From positions 445,584 through 509,583 of the forward strand of contig CAKVHE010000001.1 in assembly GCA_934747885.1 (NCBI GenBank): DNA of 64,000 nt, read 5' to 3'. Origin of the DNA: an uncultured Clostridia bacterium (GTDB taxonomy: Bacteria > Bacillota > Clostridia > Christensenellales > UBA1242). Position numbers and translations under genes: made by a program. Below, in pieces: positions 48,286-56,734 of the stretch. The notes beneath the pieces are model-generated. The model made no database searches, was not told where the DNA came from, and saw nothing but the letters and a program-made list of their open reading frames with translations. Position 1 is the first letter of the stretch. Every line of letters starts with the position of its first letter.

Positions 48286-49093
48286 TTATTTTTTAACAAA
48301 AGTTTAAACAGTGTTAAAAACCTTGTTTTGTCTAGAGTCAACTGTGGAAAACTGCCAACTTTTTAACAATTGTTTAACTATTGTTGAAACTTTTTTATTA
48401 CTATTTAACTAGTTATATTAAAAATTTTACCGCCGCACGTACCCTTCTCTTTGTCTAAACTAAGCGCTAGCAAGAGCGCGCAAAAATTTGCAATAAAAAA
48501 TTTGCGCCTATATATTTTATTATTGGTTTTGCTTAGCAAAATGACATCAAAAGTTGGCGATGCCTTGCTAGTGCGACTACTTACCATCACAAAGACAAAC
48601 TGGCACAAATGACACCGTTTTGCCTTTGCTGCGCTTGCGGGCTGGCCATTACGCTAGGGGCAAGCCAAGATACTGAGCGCCTTTATTGTTGGGTTAAGTT
48701 AAACGCTAGATGAGTGAATTATCTAAATAAAAAAACGCCCCCCGTTTGGTCAATGATGTTTGAAACTAGCAAAATATAAGCACTTTAATCTATAAAAGAT
48801 TAAGGTGTTTTTTTCACTCTCTTAACTGTAAAAAGAAATAAATATTACTGACGTTGTCAAGGATTGTCGCAAATAGCGACATACACTTTAACCTTGACAA
48901 CAAAGAATATTTGTTTACCATAATAAGAAAGAAAAAAAATAACAGCAAAAAGCGAAAGTGTGTTATGTTTACCAACACTTTCGCTTTTTGTCTGCTTTAA
49001 TTTAGTTTATAAGTGTGTGCTTGTCTTCGGTGGAGCGAAGTGACACCGACTTGTATCAAGACAAGCACGCGTTTAAATGCCATTTTATATGTT

Positions 49094-50926
49094 TTAATTA
49101 TTAAAAATATTTTCTACACTATCAAATAAAGGTTTAAAATCTTTGAAAATTTCTTTATCCGCAGTTAATAAATCTTTCCAAAAATCTTTTTTGTGTGTAT
49201 CTTTCATTTTGTAAAAATCAAATAATTCTGAAACCTTTTCTGCTTTACTATTTTCTCTTAAAAAATCTTCTGAGACTAATGTTTCTATTTCAATAAAGCA
49301 ATAATTGCTAGATTTTTTATTTACATATTTTTCTAATCTGGTAGGGACGGGTATTGTCATAGCATATCTATTACAATGCATATTCTTTAAATACAATCCA
49401 GAATTAATAGAGCCTTTTTCTTCAGGATATAATTTTTCACCTAAATTATTTTTAAGTGTCTTTAATTTTTTATATTTTGAATAGCCTTCGTTATCAAAAT
49501 CAAAAAGACAAATTCGTTTACAATCACTATCTAATGTTGTATTTGGACAAGTTAAAAAATTATATAATCCACCAGTTGAATAACCGCCTTCAATTACAAA
49601 TTGTGCTATTGCTTTAAATTTGTCATTTATATTATTCTCTGTGATATCAGTTATATCTTTTAATTTTAAGTAAGCTATCTTATAAATTTGGCAATATTCA
49701 TCTTCCACCAAAAGAGCATTTCCGTTTTGTCCCAGAGTTTTTTCTAATTCAATAATTCTGTCGTTTTGATTTTTTAGTTTAGTATAAAAACTTTTATTTG
49801 CTTCTTTTAATTCCGCATAATCAAATTGATTGACATTAATTATTTTAGGAGATTTATTTTGTTGACTAAAAATCTCATAAAATTCAGCATAATCTGGTGC
49901 CAATGAAATAGTAGCAGGAGAATGTGTTGTTATTACTACTTGAATGCCTTTGTTAATATAAAAATCTTCAATAACTTTGTAAAACGCTTCAGTAAGTGAA
50001 GGATTTAATGGAGCATCATATTCATCAAATAAAACTAGTTTTACATCTTTACTTATTTCTTCATCAAGTGATATTAATGCCAATTTTAAAATTGCTTTCT
50101 CACCATCACTTAAATCAGTTAATGCTCTTATCTCATCATTATTTCTTAGTTTTGGGTTTTCTTCCATATTTGGAGTATGAAACGAATAATCATCTTTAAA
50201 TCTATATTTAAAGCCAAGATCTGTAAATAGTTTATTTAAAACTGTCCAAGGGGCAGTCCTTAACCATGCACTATTGTCAAAAATATCAGTGGTTTTAGAG
50301 CATTCTATTTGTCTATCCGCTCGTTCACAACAAGCCATATAAAACAAGTTCCCAATTTGCTGAATAATATCATTCTCATTTCTCCATATAAAATCTTGTG
50401 GAATAATATGTTCAAATTCATCTCTTGATATATGAAAAATATTGTCATCCCTATACTTTTCTTTTAATAAAGATAGAAGTTTTTCTATAGATCTCCAAGA
50501 CGGATTTTTTGTCCCATTATCATAAAATATAAGAGTTCCATCATTATATTTTTGTCTTTTTTTTGTGTCTAACCACTGCTGATCCTTATTAAATCTTATG
50601 TTTTGCGAATAAAAATTCCAAGCTTGATTTATATTGTTTTGTCTCAAGTTAATAGAATACTGACCAAAATCATTCCCTAAATTAATATTGTCACGGAATG
50701 ATAAAAATAAAATATTTTCAATGATTTCTATATTTTCGTTTTCATCTGTTATTTTCACGGTTCTAGATATTTTTTCATTAGTATTATTGGCTATTATTTT
50801 AAGTAGCTGACTCTTACCAGTTCCATTTACACCAGATATTACTATTAAATCACCATTAAAAATATAATCCGTATTTTGTTGATAAGATTTATATCTTTCT
50901 AATATTTTAATTTCTAGTTTTTTCAT
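49094..50926 (-). CDS. OLD-family-like protein: ABC-type ATPase fused to a Toprim/DUF4435-like C-terminal domain
   Basis: Walker A GVNGTGKSQLLK, signature-like LSDGEKA, Walker B LVLFDEYDAPLNP, H-loop ITTHSP. The C-terminal ~220 aa carry LLVEDEY (Toprim Glu) and CLFDFDNEG (DxD). Confidence 0.65.
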   Translation of the reverse strand: MKKLEIKILERYKSYQQNTDYIFNGDLIVISGVNGTGKSQLLKIIANNTNEKISRTVKITDENENIEIIENILFLSFRDNINLGNDFGQYSINLRQNNINQAWNFYSQNIRFNKDQQWLDTKKRQKYNDGTLIFYDNGTKNPSWRSIEKLLSLLKEKYRDDNIFHISRDEFEHIIPQDFIWRNENDIIQQIGNLFYMACCERADRQIECSKTTDIFDNSAWLRTAPWTVLNKLFTDLGFKYRFKDDYSFHTPNMEENPKLRNNDEIRALTDLSDGEKAILKLALISLDEEISKDVKLVLFDEYDAPLNPSLTEAFYKVIEDFYINKGIQVVITTHSPATISLAPDYAEFYEIFSQQNKSPKIINVNQFDYAELKEANKSFYTKLKNQNDRIIELEKTLGQNGNALLVEDEYCQIYKIAYLKLKDITDITENNINDKFKAIAQFVIEGGYSTGGLYNFLTCPNTTLDSDCKRICLFDFDNEGYSKYKKLKTLKNNLGEKLYPEEKGSINSGLYLKNMHCNRYAMTIPVPTRLEKYVNKKSSNYCFIEIETLVSEDFLRENSKAEKVSELFDFYKMKDTHKKDFWKDLLTADKEIFKDFKPLFDSVENIFNN

Positions 50927-50971
50927 TTGATTCTCCTATTTAAAATAGACAAACAATTTTCGTGGCATTGT

Positions 50972-51718
50972 TTAAAAATTGTCAAAACCTTCATATGTCT
51001 TAAATGCTAGCAAATACAAAGATTTCAAAAGATTTTTATCTTTTTGCTTAAGTTCTTTGAATACAGTATCTTTTTCTCTTTTATTTGCTATTGTTTTGTT
51101 TACAATTTTTGTTATAATTTCAGGCAAAACTTTACATAGTTTAGCAAATGCATCTTTTTCTCCAGTAACTATCTCATAAAATTTATCAATAGAGATTCTT
51201 CTAATTCTTTCATTTTCGACCTTTTGCCCGTTCATAGTTCTTTGCCATTTTATATTTTGACTATTTTTAGCAATTACTTCAACTAAAGCACAAATGCAAT
51301 CTGATTCTTTTAATGCTTGATTTTGCAAGTTGATGTAAACACTGTCAGCACCACCTTTATTCATTGTATTATGTTTATTCTTTAATTCTACATAATATTT
51401 TTGTGTACCATCATTAAAAATAATATCAAAACCCTTTTGTGGAACTTCACAGTTCCTTATATATTTGAAAATTTTTTGATGAAAATAGCCGATAGCATTT
51501 GTATTGCTTTTATCTCTTTGTCTTGCAATTTCTTCATTAAGAATTGTTTTTATTTTCTTATTATAAACAATAGAGTCGAATGTTAATTTTATTGGGTCAA
51601 TAATATTTTCGTTAAATCTTTCTAGATTGATACCTTTAAGAGTTTCTCTATATTCATCCAAAGTTTCCTTAATGTGATTTTCCAAATCGCTATCACTAAT
51701 AAAATTTAAATATGCCAT
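50972..51718 (-). CDS. Type II restriction endonuclease, Eco47II/Sau96I-like (PD-(D/E)xK)
   Basis: NFISDSDL..., NIIDPIKLTFD, RQRDKSNTNAIGYFHQKIF, FDIIF...YYVELKNKHNTMN and IRRISIDKFYEIVTG match my recollection of the Eco47II family. The start overlaps the methyltransferase stop (TAATG). Confidence 0.65.
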   Translation of the reverse strand: MAYLNFISDSDLENHIKETLDEYRETLKGINLERFNENIIDPIKLTFDSIVYNKKIKTILNEEIARQRDKSNTNAIGYFHQKIFKYIRNCEVPQKGFDIIFNDGTQKYYVELKNKHNTMNKGGADSVYINLQNQALKESDCICALVEVIAKNSQNIKWQRTMNGQKVENERIRRISIDKFYEIVTGEKDAFAKLCKVLPEIITKIVNKTIANKREKDTVFKELKQKDKNLLKSLYLLAFKTYEGFDNF

Positions 51719-52926
51719 TATTTTATCTCCTTTAGTACTTTTATAATTGATAAACCAATTTCTTTTGCTAAATTAACAGGTACAGCATTTCCAATTTGTT
51801 TATATTTACTATTTAAACTGCCAGTAAATTGCCATGTATCAGGAAACGATTGTATTCTAGCACTTTCTCTTATAGTAAAAGGTCTTGTTTCATCTGGATG
51901 ACATCTATCTGTTTGTTTCATACAAGGCGAACACAAAATTGTTAAACTTGGTTCATCCCATGAAATTCTTCTAGCCATTCCTGTTTTGCCACCACCAAGA
52001 TTATAAGACCCTTTCATATATGCTTTTGCAACTTCTTCAGGTAAATCTCGCCAGCATCCACCTGGTGGGACTAAATCAAATACTTCTTTTTTGCTTTGTG
52101 GATATGATGCACCTTCTGATTTAGGAACATCTTTTAAAGCATCTCTCAAAACAGGTTTATATTCATAAGGGGTAGGATATTTGAATTCAACTGGAATATC
52201 ATTTCTAATACCAATTATAACTATTCTTTCTCGTTTTTCTGCAACTCCATAATCCCAAGCATTTAATACTTTGTATTGAACTCGATATCCGATTTCTTCG
52301 AAAACATTTATCATAGTTTGTAATGTTTTTCCACCATCATGGCTAACAAGCCCTTTAACATTTTCAGCTAAAAACATTTTTGGTTTTAATTGTTTTAGTA
52401 TTTTTGCATAATAATAAAACATTGTACCCCTTACATCATTTAACCCCAATCTTTTTCCTGCATAACTAAATGATTGACAAGGGTAGCCTCCAGACAGTAA
52501 ATCTAATTCACCTTGTTTAATATTTAGCATTTTTAACAAATCTTGTTCTGCTAAATTTTCAACTGAATCGCAAATCACATTCCAATTTGGTCTATTTGCT
52601 TTTAATGTGTTACAAGAATCTTTGTCAAAATCATTTGATAATAAATTTTCAAAACCTGCTTGTTCTAAACCAAGAGCTAAACCACCAGCCCCTGCAAATA
52701 ACTCAACGTTGGTAAAAGTGTCTTTATTTGAGTCAACATTGAGCAATTTATTTGCATCAATACTAAAATTTATTACAATAGAACGAAGATTTTCATAGTT
52801 TGGTTTTGATTTTCCAGACAACCAATCACTAACTTGAGCTTGCGTAGCATTTATACTTTTGGCAAAACTTGTTTGGTTTAATCCGTTGTCATGGATAGTT
52901 TTTTGTAGTAGCTGTGCTAATTCCAT
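51718..52926 (-). CDS. DNA (cytosine-5)-methyltransferase with an N-terminal XRE-type HTH
   Basis: Motif I FAGAGGLALG, motif IV GGYPCQSFS, motif VI ENVKGL, motif VIII-like region, motif X QIGNAVPV. N-terminal HTH LNQTSFAKSINATQAQVSDWLSG. Start set to the ATG at 52926 (GAGGTG RBS). Confidence 0.9.
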   Translation of the reverse strand: MELAQLLQKTIHDNGLNQTSFAKSINATQAQVSDWLSGKSKPNYENLRSIVINFSIDANKLLNVDSNKDTFTNVELFAGAGGLALGLEQAGFENLLSNDFDKDSCNTLKANRPNWNVICDSVENLAEQDLLKMLNIKQGELDLLSGGYPCQSFSYAGKRLGLNDVRGTMFYYYAKILKQLKPKMFLAENVKGLVSHDGGKTLQTMINVFEEIGYRVQYKVLNAWDYGVAEKRERIVIIGIRNDIPVEFKYPTPYEYKPVLRDALKDVPKSEGASYPQSKKEVFDLVPPGGCWRDLPEEVAKAYMKGSYNLGGGKTGMARRISWDEPSLTILCSPCMKQTDRCHPDETRPFTIRESARIQSFPDTWQFTGSLNSKYKQIGNAVPVNLAKEIGLSIIKVLKEIK

Positions 52927-52946
52927 TTTACACCTCATATATGTTG

Positions 52947-53912
52947 TTAATTTATTATAGCATAAAAATTTTGAAAGTGTATCAATTTTATAGGAATTCC
53001 TATAATTTTTTTTGATAATATTTTTTGAAATTCCTTTAATTTATTCTCATCTTGTAATATTTCTAAATGTGGGATCTCAAAAACATCTAAAAATCCAATT
53101 TTTTTCAATTCTTCAATTTGTTTAAAAATATTTATATTTGCTTCACACCACATGTTTAAATCAAACAAAGCATTTATTTTTATACATGAATCTTGTCTAT
53201 TCTGCAAACCTTCATATGAGTTTATTCCATTTTCCATAATAACGGCATATCTCTGTTTTTCTTTGTTTGACATTATTTTAACATCATCAATACTTTGTAA
53301 GGGGTATCGTTCTACAACTTTATCATAATCGTAACCAAACATTTTTGCATTTCTTCGGTCTTGTTCTTCAGTATCAAATTCCTTAAAAACATGTTTTCCT
53401 TCTTCTGAAAGTTGGTAAGAATGAAATGTTGAATTTGGGTACTTAATCTTATTTGCATCTGTTTCTAATGTTGCATTTATTCTATTTGCCAATCTAAACA
53501 ATTCTTTATCGTGTGGCACAAAATCAATAGTTATAATATCTGGCAACACTTCAGAACATACATCTTTTACATGAATCAATTCATTCTTTTTATCTTGAAT
53601 TTCTTCTTCTAAAGTATTATATACTCTTGGTTTATAGTCATCATCCTTATGTGCTGACTTTTTATTTCTTTCATAATAAATTCTATCTATAATTTCATCG
53701 TTCTGTCTTATATTTTTTCTTTTAGTACTATTATTGAATAATTCATCTAAAAGATTTACCAAGTTGATGTAAAATATTTGTCTTAATTTGTCAGTTCTTT
53801 CTCTTAAATCTAAATTAGACAATTCCAAAATATTGTTAGAAATATATAAAAAGCTATCAATACACTTTTTGGCTGTTATTAAAAAATTTGCATTTTCCCA
53901 TTTGTTCTTCAT
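52947..53912 (-). CDS. Hypothetical protein with an AbiU2/HEPN-like RNKxxAH motif; first gene of the island operon
   Basis: 321 aa. Helical N-terminal ~130 aa with YYERNKKSAHKDDD (Rx4-6H). The C-terminal ~190 aa are unrecognised. AAAGGAA RBS. Confidence 0.5.
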   Translation of the reverse strand: MKNKWENANFLITAKKCIDSFLYISNNILELSNLDLRERTDKLRQIFYINLVNLLDELFNNSTKRKNIRQNDEIIDRIYYERNKKSAHKDDDYKPRVYNTLEEEIQDKKNELIHVKDVCSEVLPDIITIDFVPHDKELFRLANRINATLETDANKIKYPNSTFHSYQLSEEGKHVFKEFDTEEQDRRNAKMFGYDYDKVVERYPLQSIDDVKIMSNKEKQRYAVIMENGINSYEGLQNRQDSCIKINALFDLNMWCEANINIFKQIEELKKIGFLDVFEIPHLEILQDENKLKEFQKILSKKIIGIPIKLIHFQNFYAIIN

Positions 53913-53943
53913 AGTTTGATTCCTTTATTGTTTATACAATAAC

Positions 53944-53972
53944 ATTATAGCATAAAATGAACAATCTTTGTA
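53944..53972 (-). promoter_or_regulatory. Extended -10 promoter of the four-gene island operon
   Basis: Minus strand: TGCTATAAT (extended -10) with a weak -35 TACAAA 17 nt upstream, about 30 nt before the ATG at 53912. Confidence 0.5.
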
Positions 53973-54005
53973 TAAAAAAATATGCAAAGAATAATCTCTG
54001 CATAT
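53973..54005 (-). terminator. Terminator after jag
   Basis: Minus strand: ATATGCAGAG-attatt-CTTTGCATAT followed by TTTTTTT. Confidence 0.7.
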
Positions 54006-54055
54006 TATTTTGCAAGTTTCAAAAGTCTTTAACCTTGGGAGCGTTTATGTTTTAA

Positions 54056-54736
54056 TTAGTCATTAAAATCACGAGCGTTGTTGGTTTCTACCGAGGTCTT
54101 TTCTTCGGCGGTAACCTTCATTGATTTATTGTTTGGAATAATGGTGATATAGCGATGTGGTTCTTCATTTTTGCTGACGGTGGTAACATCTTCCCTACCT
54201 TCAAGCGCTAGGTGAATAATCTTGCGCTCGTAGGCGTTCATTGGTTCTAGTTTTTGTACCTTGCCTTCTTTTACGGCCTTGCTTGCAAGTTTTCGGGCAA
54301 GTGCACGCAAACTTTCTTCGCGTTTGCCGCGGTAACCTTCGCTATCAATAATAACGCGTTTGTACTCTTTGTTTGGTTTGTTTTTGTTGATTATTTGTGA
54401 CAACAAAAATTGAGTTGCGTCCAAACAATCACCACGTTTACCAATAATTGAGCCAACATCTTCGCCGGTAAAATTTATTTTTATTTCTTTGTCGCTTTCT
54501 TCAATCGTGCCAAAAATTTTTAGTCCAGTTGCAGCGCAAAAGTTGGTAACAACCTTTTCTACTTCGGTTTGGTTTTCAAATTCGCTGGTTAAAATTAGGC
54601 GAACTTTTGCCTTGTCAAACAAGCCACCTTCTTCTAGCACAATAACGGTTACGTCTTCACGCTTAGCGTTTAGTTTAAATAAGCCGATTTCGATGGCTTG
54701 GTCTACGGTTTTGCCGGATACTTCAATTGAATTCAT
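54056..54736 (-). CDS. jag: Jag/KhpB RNA-binding protein (Jag_N, KH, R3H)
   Basis: The C-terminal MNAYERKIIHLALEG...TVSKNEEPHRYITI is the R3H domain. Its ATG overlaps the yidC stop (TAATG). Confidence 0.88.
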   Translation of the reverse strand: MNSIEVSGKTVDQAIEIGLFKLNAKREDVTVIVLEEGGLFDKAKVRLILTSEFENQTEVEKVVTNFCAATGLKIFGTIEESDKEIKINFTGEDVGSIIGKRGDCLDATQFLLSQIINKNKPNKEYKRVIIDSEGYRGKREESLRALARKLASKAVKEGKVQKLEPMNAYERKIIHLALEGREDVTTVSKNEEPHRYITIIPNNKSMKVTAEEKTSVETNNARDFND

Positions 54737-55857
54737 TATATTTTATCTCCTATTTGCTTAAATTGTTTCATTTCTGGTTTTTGTTTTTTAGCAGTTTTGT
54801 TGGCATTTTTACGCAAAAAGTCGATATATTTTTGTTCTTCTTTTTGGGTTAATTTATCCACAATTTTGGTGCATACCAAACTTACTAAAATGCTCATTAC
54901 CGAACTAGTTACTAGGTACAAAGCAAAGGACGATGTACTGGTTAAGGCAAACACAACCATAATTATTGGTAAAATGAATTTCATCATTTTCATTGATGCT
55001 TGGGTTGGATCTGGTGCTTCGTGGGTTACGCCAAGAGCCTCTTCCATTTTGCGTTTGCTAATGTTGTTAGATTTTTCACTTACAAATTGGCTAAGCCAGG
55101 TTAGTGCGCCGGTTAAAATTGCCAAAATGTAGTAGCCATTCCAGCCGTCATATTTTTCTCGCGCAGCAGAAGTGACTATATTGTAGCGTTCTTCATTTAC
55201 GCCCTTTATAAACTCAATATATTCTTTGTTTTTGGAAGTTTTTACTGCCGATTCTATTTGTTTGTAAGTTGGAACAATTGCCGTTGAGGTGTCAGCCTTC
55301 CACAAACTTTTTATCCAAATAAACTCGGCGTTTTTGCGAGCTTCTTCATAGGCTTCAAGCGAAGCATTTTTTCCAGCCAAAAGTTTGGCGCTTTCGTCAC
55401 CTTCGGTTTGCTCATAGGCTTGCGTGTAAGCAGCGTCCATTTTTGAATATTCATCAATCATTTTGTAGGCCGAAACAATTCGCAATGCATTAAAGATGGT
55501 AAAGAAAACTACCAAAGTTAAAATAAGGTTGGCAAGCATAAACAAGCAAGAGCCAATCATGTTGTACCCTTCGCGCTTGTAAAGTGCGTTTATTTGTTGG
55601 TTTGCCATATCCTTGTTGGCGCCATACTTGGAGTTGATTTTTTGAACTTCTGGGTTTAGGCGTTTTTGAATAAGCGAATTTTTACGAGTGGAGTAACGAT
55701 TGTAAAAGTCTAGTGGGAACCATATTAACTTTATAAAAATGGTAAAGATAATAATTGTCCAACCAAAGTTGAGCCCCCACGACTCAATCCAGTACATAAA
55801 TTTTTCCCAAAGCCCGTTTGGTTTTGTCACAAGTAAAAAGTTAATTAAATTAGCCAT
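54736..55857 (-). CDS. yidC: Membrane protein insertase YidC
   Basis: Start set to the ATG at 55857 (AAGGAGA RBS). Has the YidC/Oxa1 core helices and a basic C-terminal tail. Confidence 0.85.
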   Translation of the reverse strand: MANLINFLLVTKPNGLWEKFMYWIESWGLNFGWTIIIFTIFIKLIWFPLDFYNRYSTRKNSLIQKRLNPEVQKINSKYGANKDMANQQINALYKREGYNMIGSCLFMLANLILTLVVFFTIFNALRIVSAYKMIDEYSKMDAAYTQAYEQTEGDESAKLLAGKNASLEAYEEARKNAEFIWIKSLWKADTSTAIVPTYKQIESAVKTSKNKEYIEFIKGVNEERYNIVTSAAREKYDGWNGYYILAILTGALTWLSQFVSEKSNNISKRKMEEALGVTHEAPDPTQASMKMMKFILPIIMVVFALTSTSSFALYLVTSSVMSILVSLVCTKIVDKLTQKEEQKYIDFLRKNANKTAKKQKPEMKQFKQIGDKI

Positions 55858-56087
55858 CGGTAATCTCCTTTTATGTTTTCGGGAACCAAATCTACCTTGC
55901 CCATATTTTTTGAGTTGCATCTAAAAATGCGTTTTATGCCAAGATATGTGCCTTTTATGGCGCCAAATCGGTTTATGGCAATTTTGGCAAAGTTTGAGCA
56001 ACTAGGCAAGTAGGCGCAATGATGCGGAATAAGTCTTGCCAGCGTTTTGTTGTATAGATTTATAAAAAAAATAAAAACTTTTTTCAT
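55845..56087 (-). CDS. yidD: Membrane protein insertion efficiency factor YidD
   Basis: 80 aa with CAYLPSCSNFAKIAI..G..KG..LGIKRIFRCN. Confidence 0.88.
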   Translation of the reverse strand: MKKVFIFFINLYNKTLARLIPHHCAYLPSCSNFAKIAINRFGAIKGTYLGIKRIFRCNSKNMGKVDLVPENIKGDYRWLI

Positions 56088-56088
56088 A

Positions 56089-56424
56089 TTACACTAACTT
56101 GCTGGAAATTAAAAAATCTTTTACCGTTGCTTCAATTTCGGCAAGGGTAAGTTTTTCTATTCCGCTGCGAGCAATAAAAATAAGGTTGTAACCCGTTTTA
56201 ATTTGTTCTAAATTGGCTTTTACCGCTTCGCGTAGTAAACGCTTTACACGGTTGCGGGTTACGCTGTTGCCAATTTTTTTTGATACAACAATACCCACTT
56301 TTACATCGCTAGAATTATTTTTTGCATAATAAAAGACAACAAACCTGCTTTTGCAGGGTTGCCCTTTACGAAAGATATAATTAAAATCCGAACGTTTTTT
56401 TAAGCGGTTTTGTTTTTTTAGCAT
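56089..56424 (-). CDS. rnpA: Ribonuclease P protein component
   Basis: Start set to the ATG at 56424. KKIGNSVTRNRVKRLLRE is the RNR motif. Confidence 0.9.
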   Translation of the reverse strand: MLKKQNRLKKRSDFNYIFRKGQPCKSRFVVFYYAKNNSSDVKVGIVVSKKIGNSVTRNRVKRLLREAVKANLEQIKTGYNLIFIARSGIEKLTLAEIEATVKDFLISSKLV

Positions 56425-56434
56425 AAGCGCCTTA

Positions 56435-56569
56435 CTAAACGGCCAGTCTTTTGCGACCTTTTGCACGACGTCTAGCCAAAACATTGCGACCACCTTTGGT
56501 AGCCATACGTTTTCTAAAACCGTGAACTTTTGTGCGATGTGCTTTTTTTGGTTGATAAGTTCTTTTCAT
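56435..56569 (-). CDS. rpmH: 50S ribosomal protein L34
   Basis: Hand-translated (too short for the ORF track): [44 protein letters not shown]. Confidence 0.95.
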   Translation of the reverse strand: MKRTYQPKKAHRTKVHGFRKRMATKGGRNVLARRRAKGRKRLAV

Positions 56570-56629
56570 AATCTTGCTCCTTTATAGATTGTGGCAAAAA
56601 CTGCCACTTTGCTTGTAATTTGCTTTGGT

Positions 56630-56658
56630 ATTATAAAATACCTTGGCAAAAATGTCAA
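56630..56658 (-). promoter_or_regulatory. Consensus promoter of rpmH-rnpA
   Basis: Minus strand: TTGACA, 17 nt, TATAAT. Confidence 0.7.
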
Positions 56659-56700
56659 CACTTTTGAAAAAAACCACCTATAATAATATTTTAGTAATAA

Positions 56701-56728
56701 TTGACAATAGTAAAAATTGTGATAAAAT
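56701..56728 (+). promoter_or_regulatory. Promoter of mnmE, placing the ATG at about +1 (leaderless candidate)
   Basis: TTGACA, 16 nt, TGATAAAAT (extended -10). Only 6 nt (TGACTT) separate it from the mnmE ATG, and there is no Shine-Dalgarno sequence. Confidence 0.55.
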
Positions 56729-56734
56729 TGACTT

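Noticed and set aside
48400-48780. Possible tmRNA, RNase P RNA or small Cys-rich peptide (MTPFCLCCACGL..., 48609-48713) in the GC-normal core left of the island
   Set aside because: There is no GGGG...GGATTCGAC tmRNA 5' end, no ...LAA-stop tag frame, no tRNA-like CCA 3' end, and no GAGGAAAGTCC or ACAGAAA RNase P motif on either strand. The peptide ORF has no RBS. Left as unassigned non-coding DNA (see finding).
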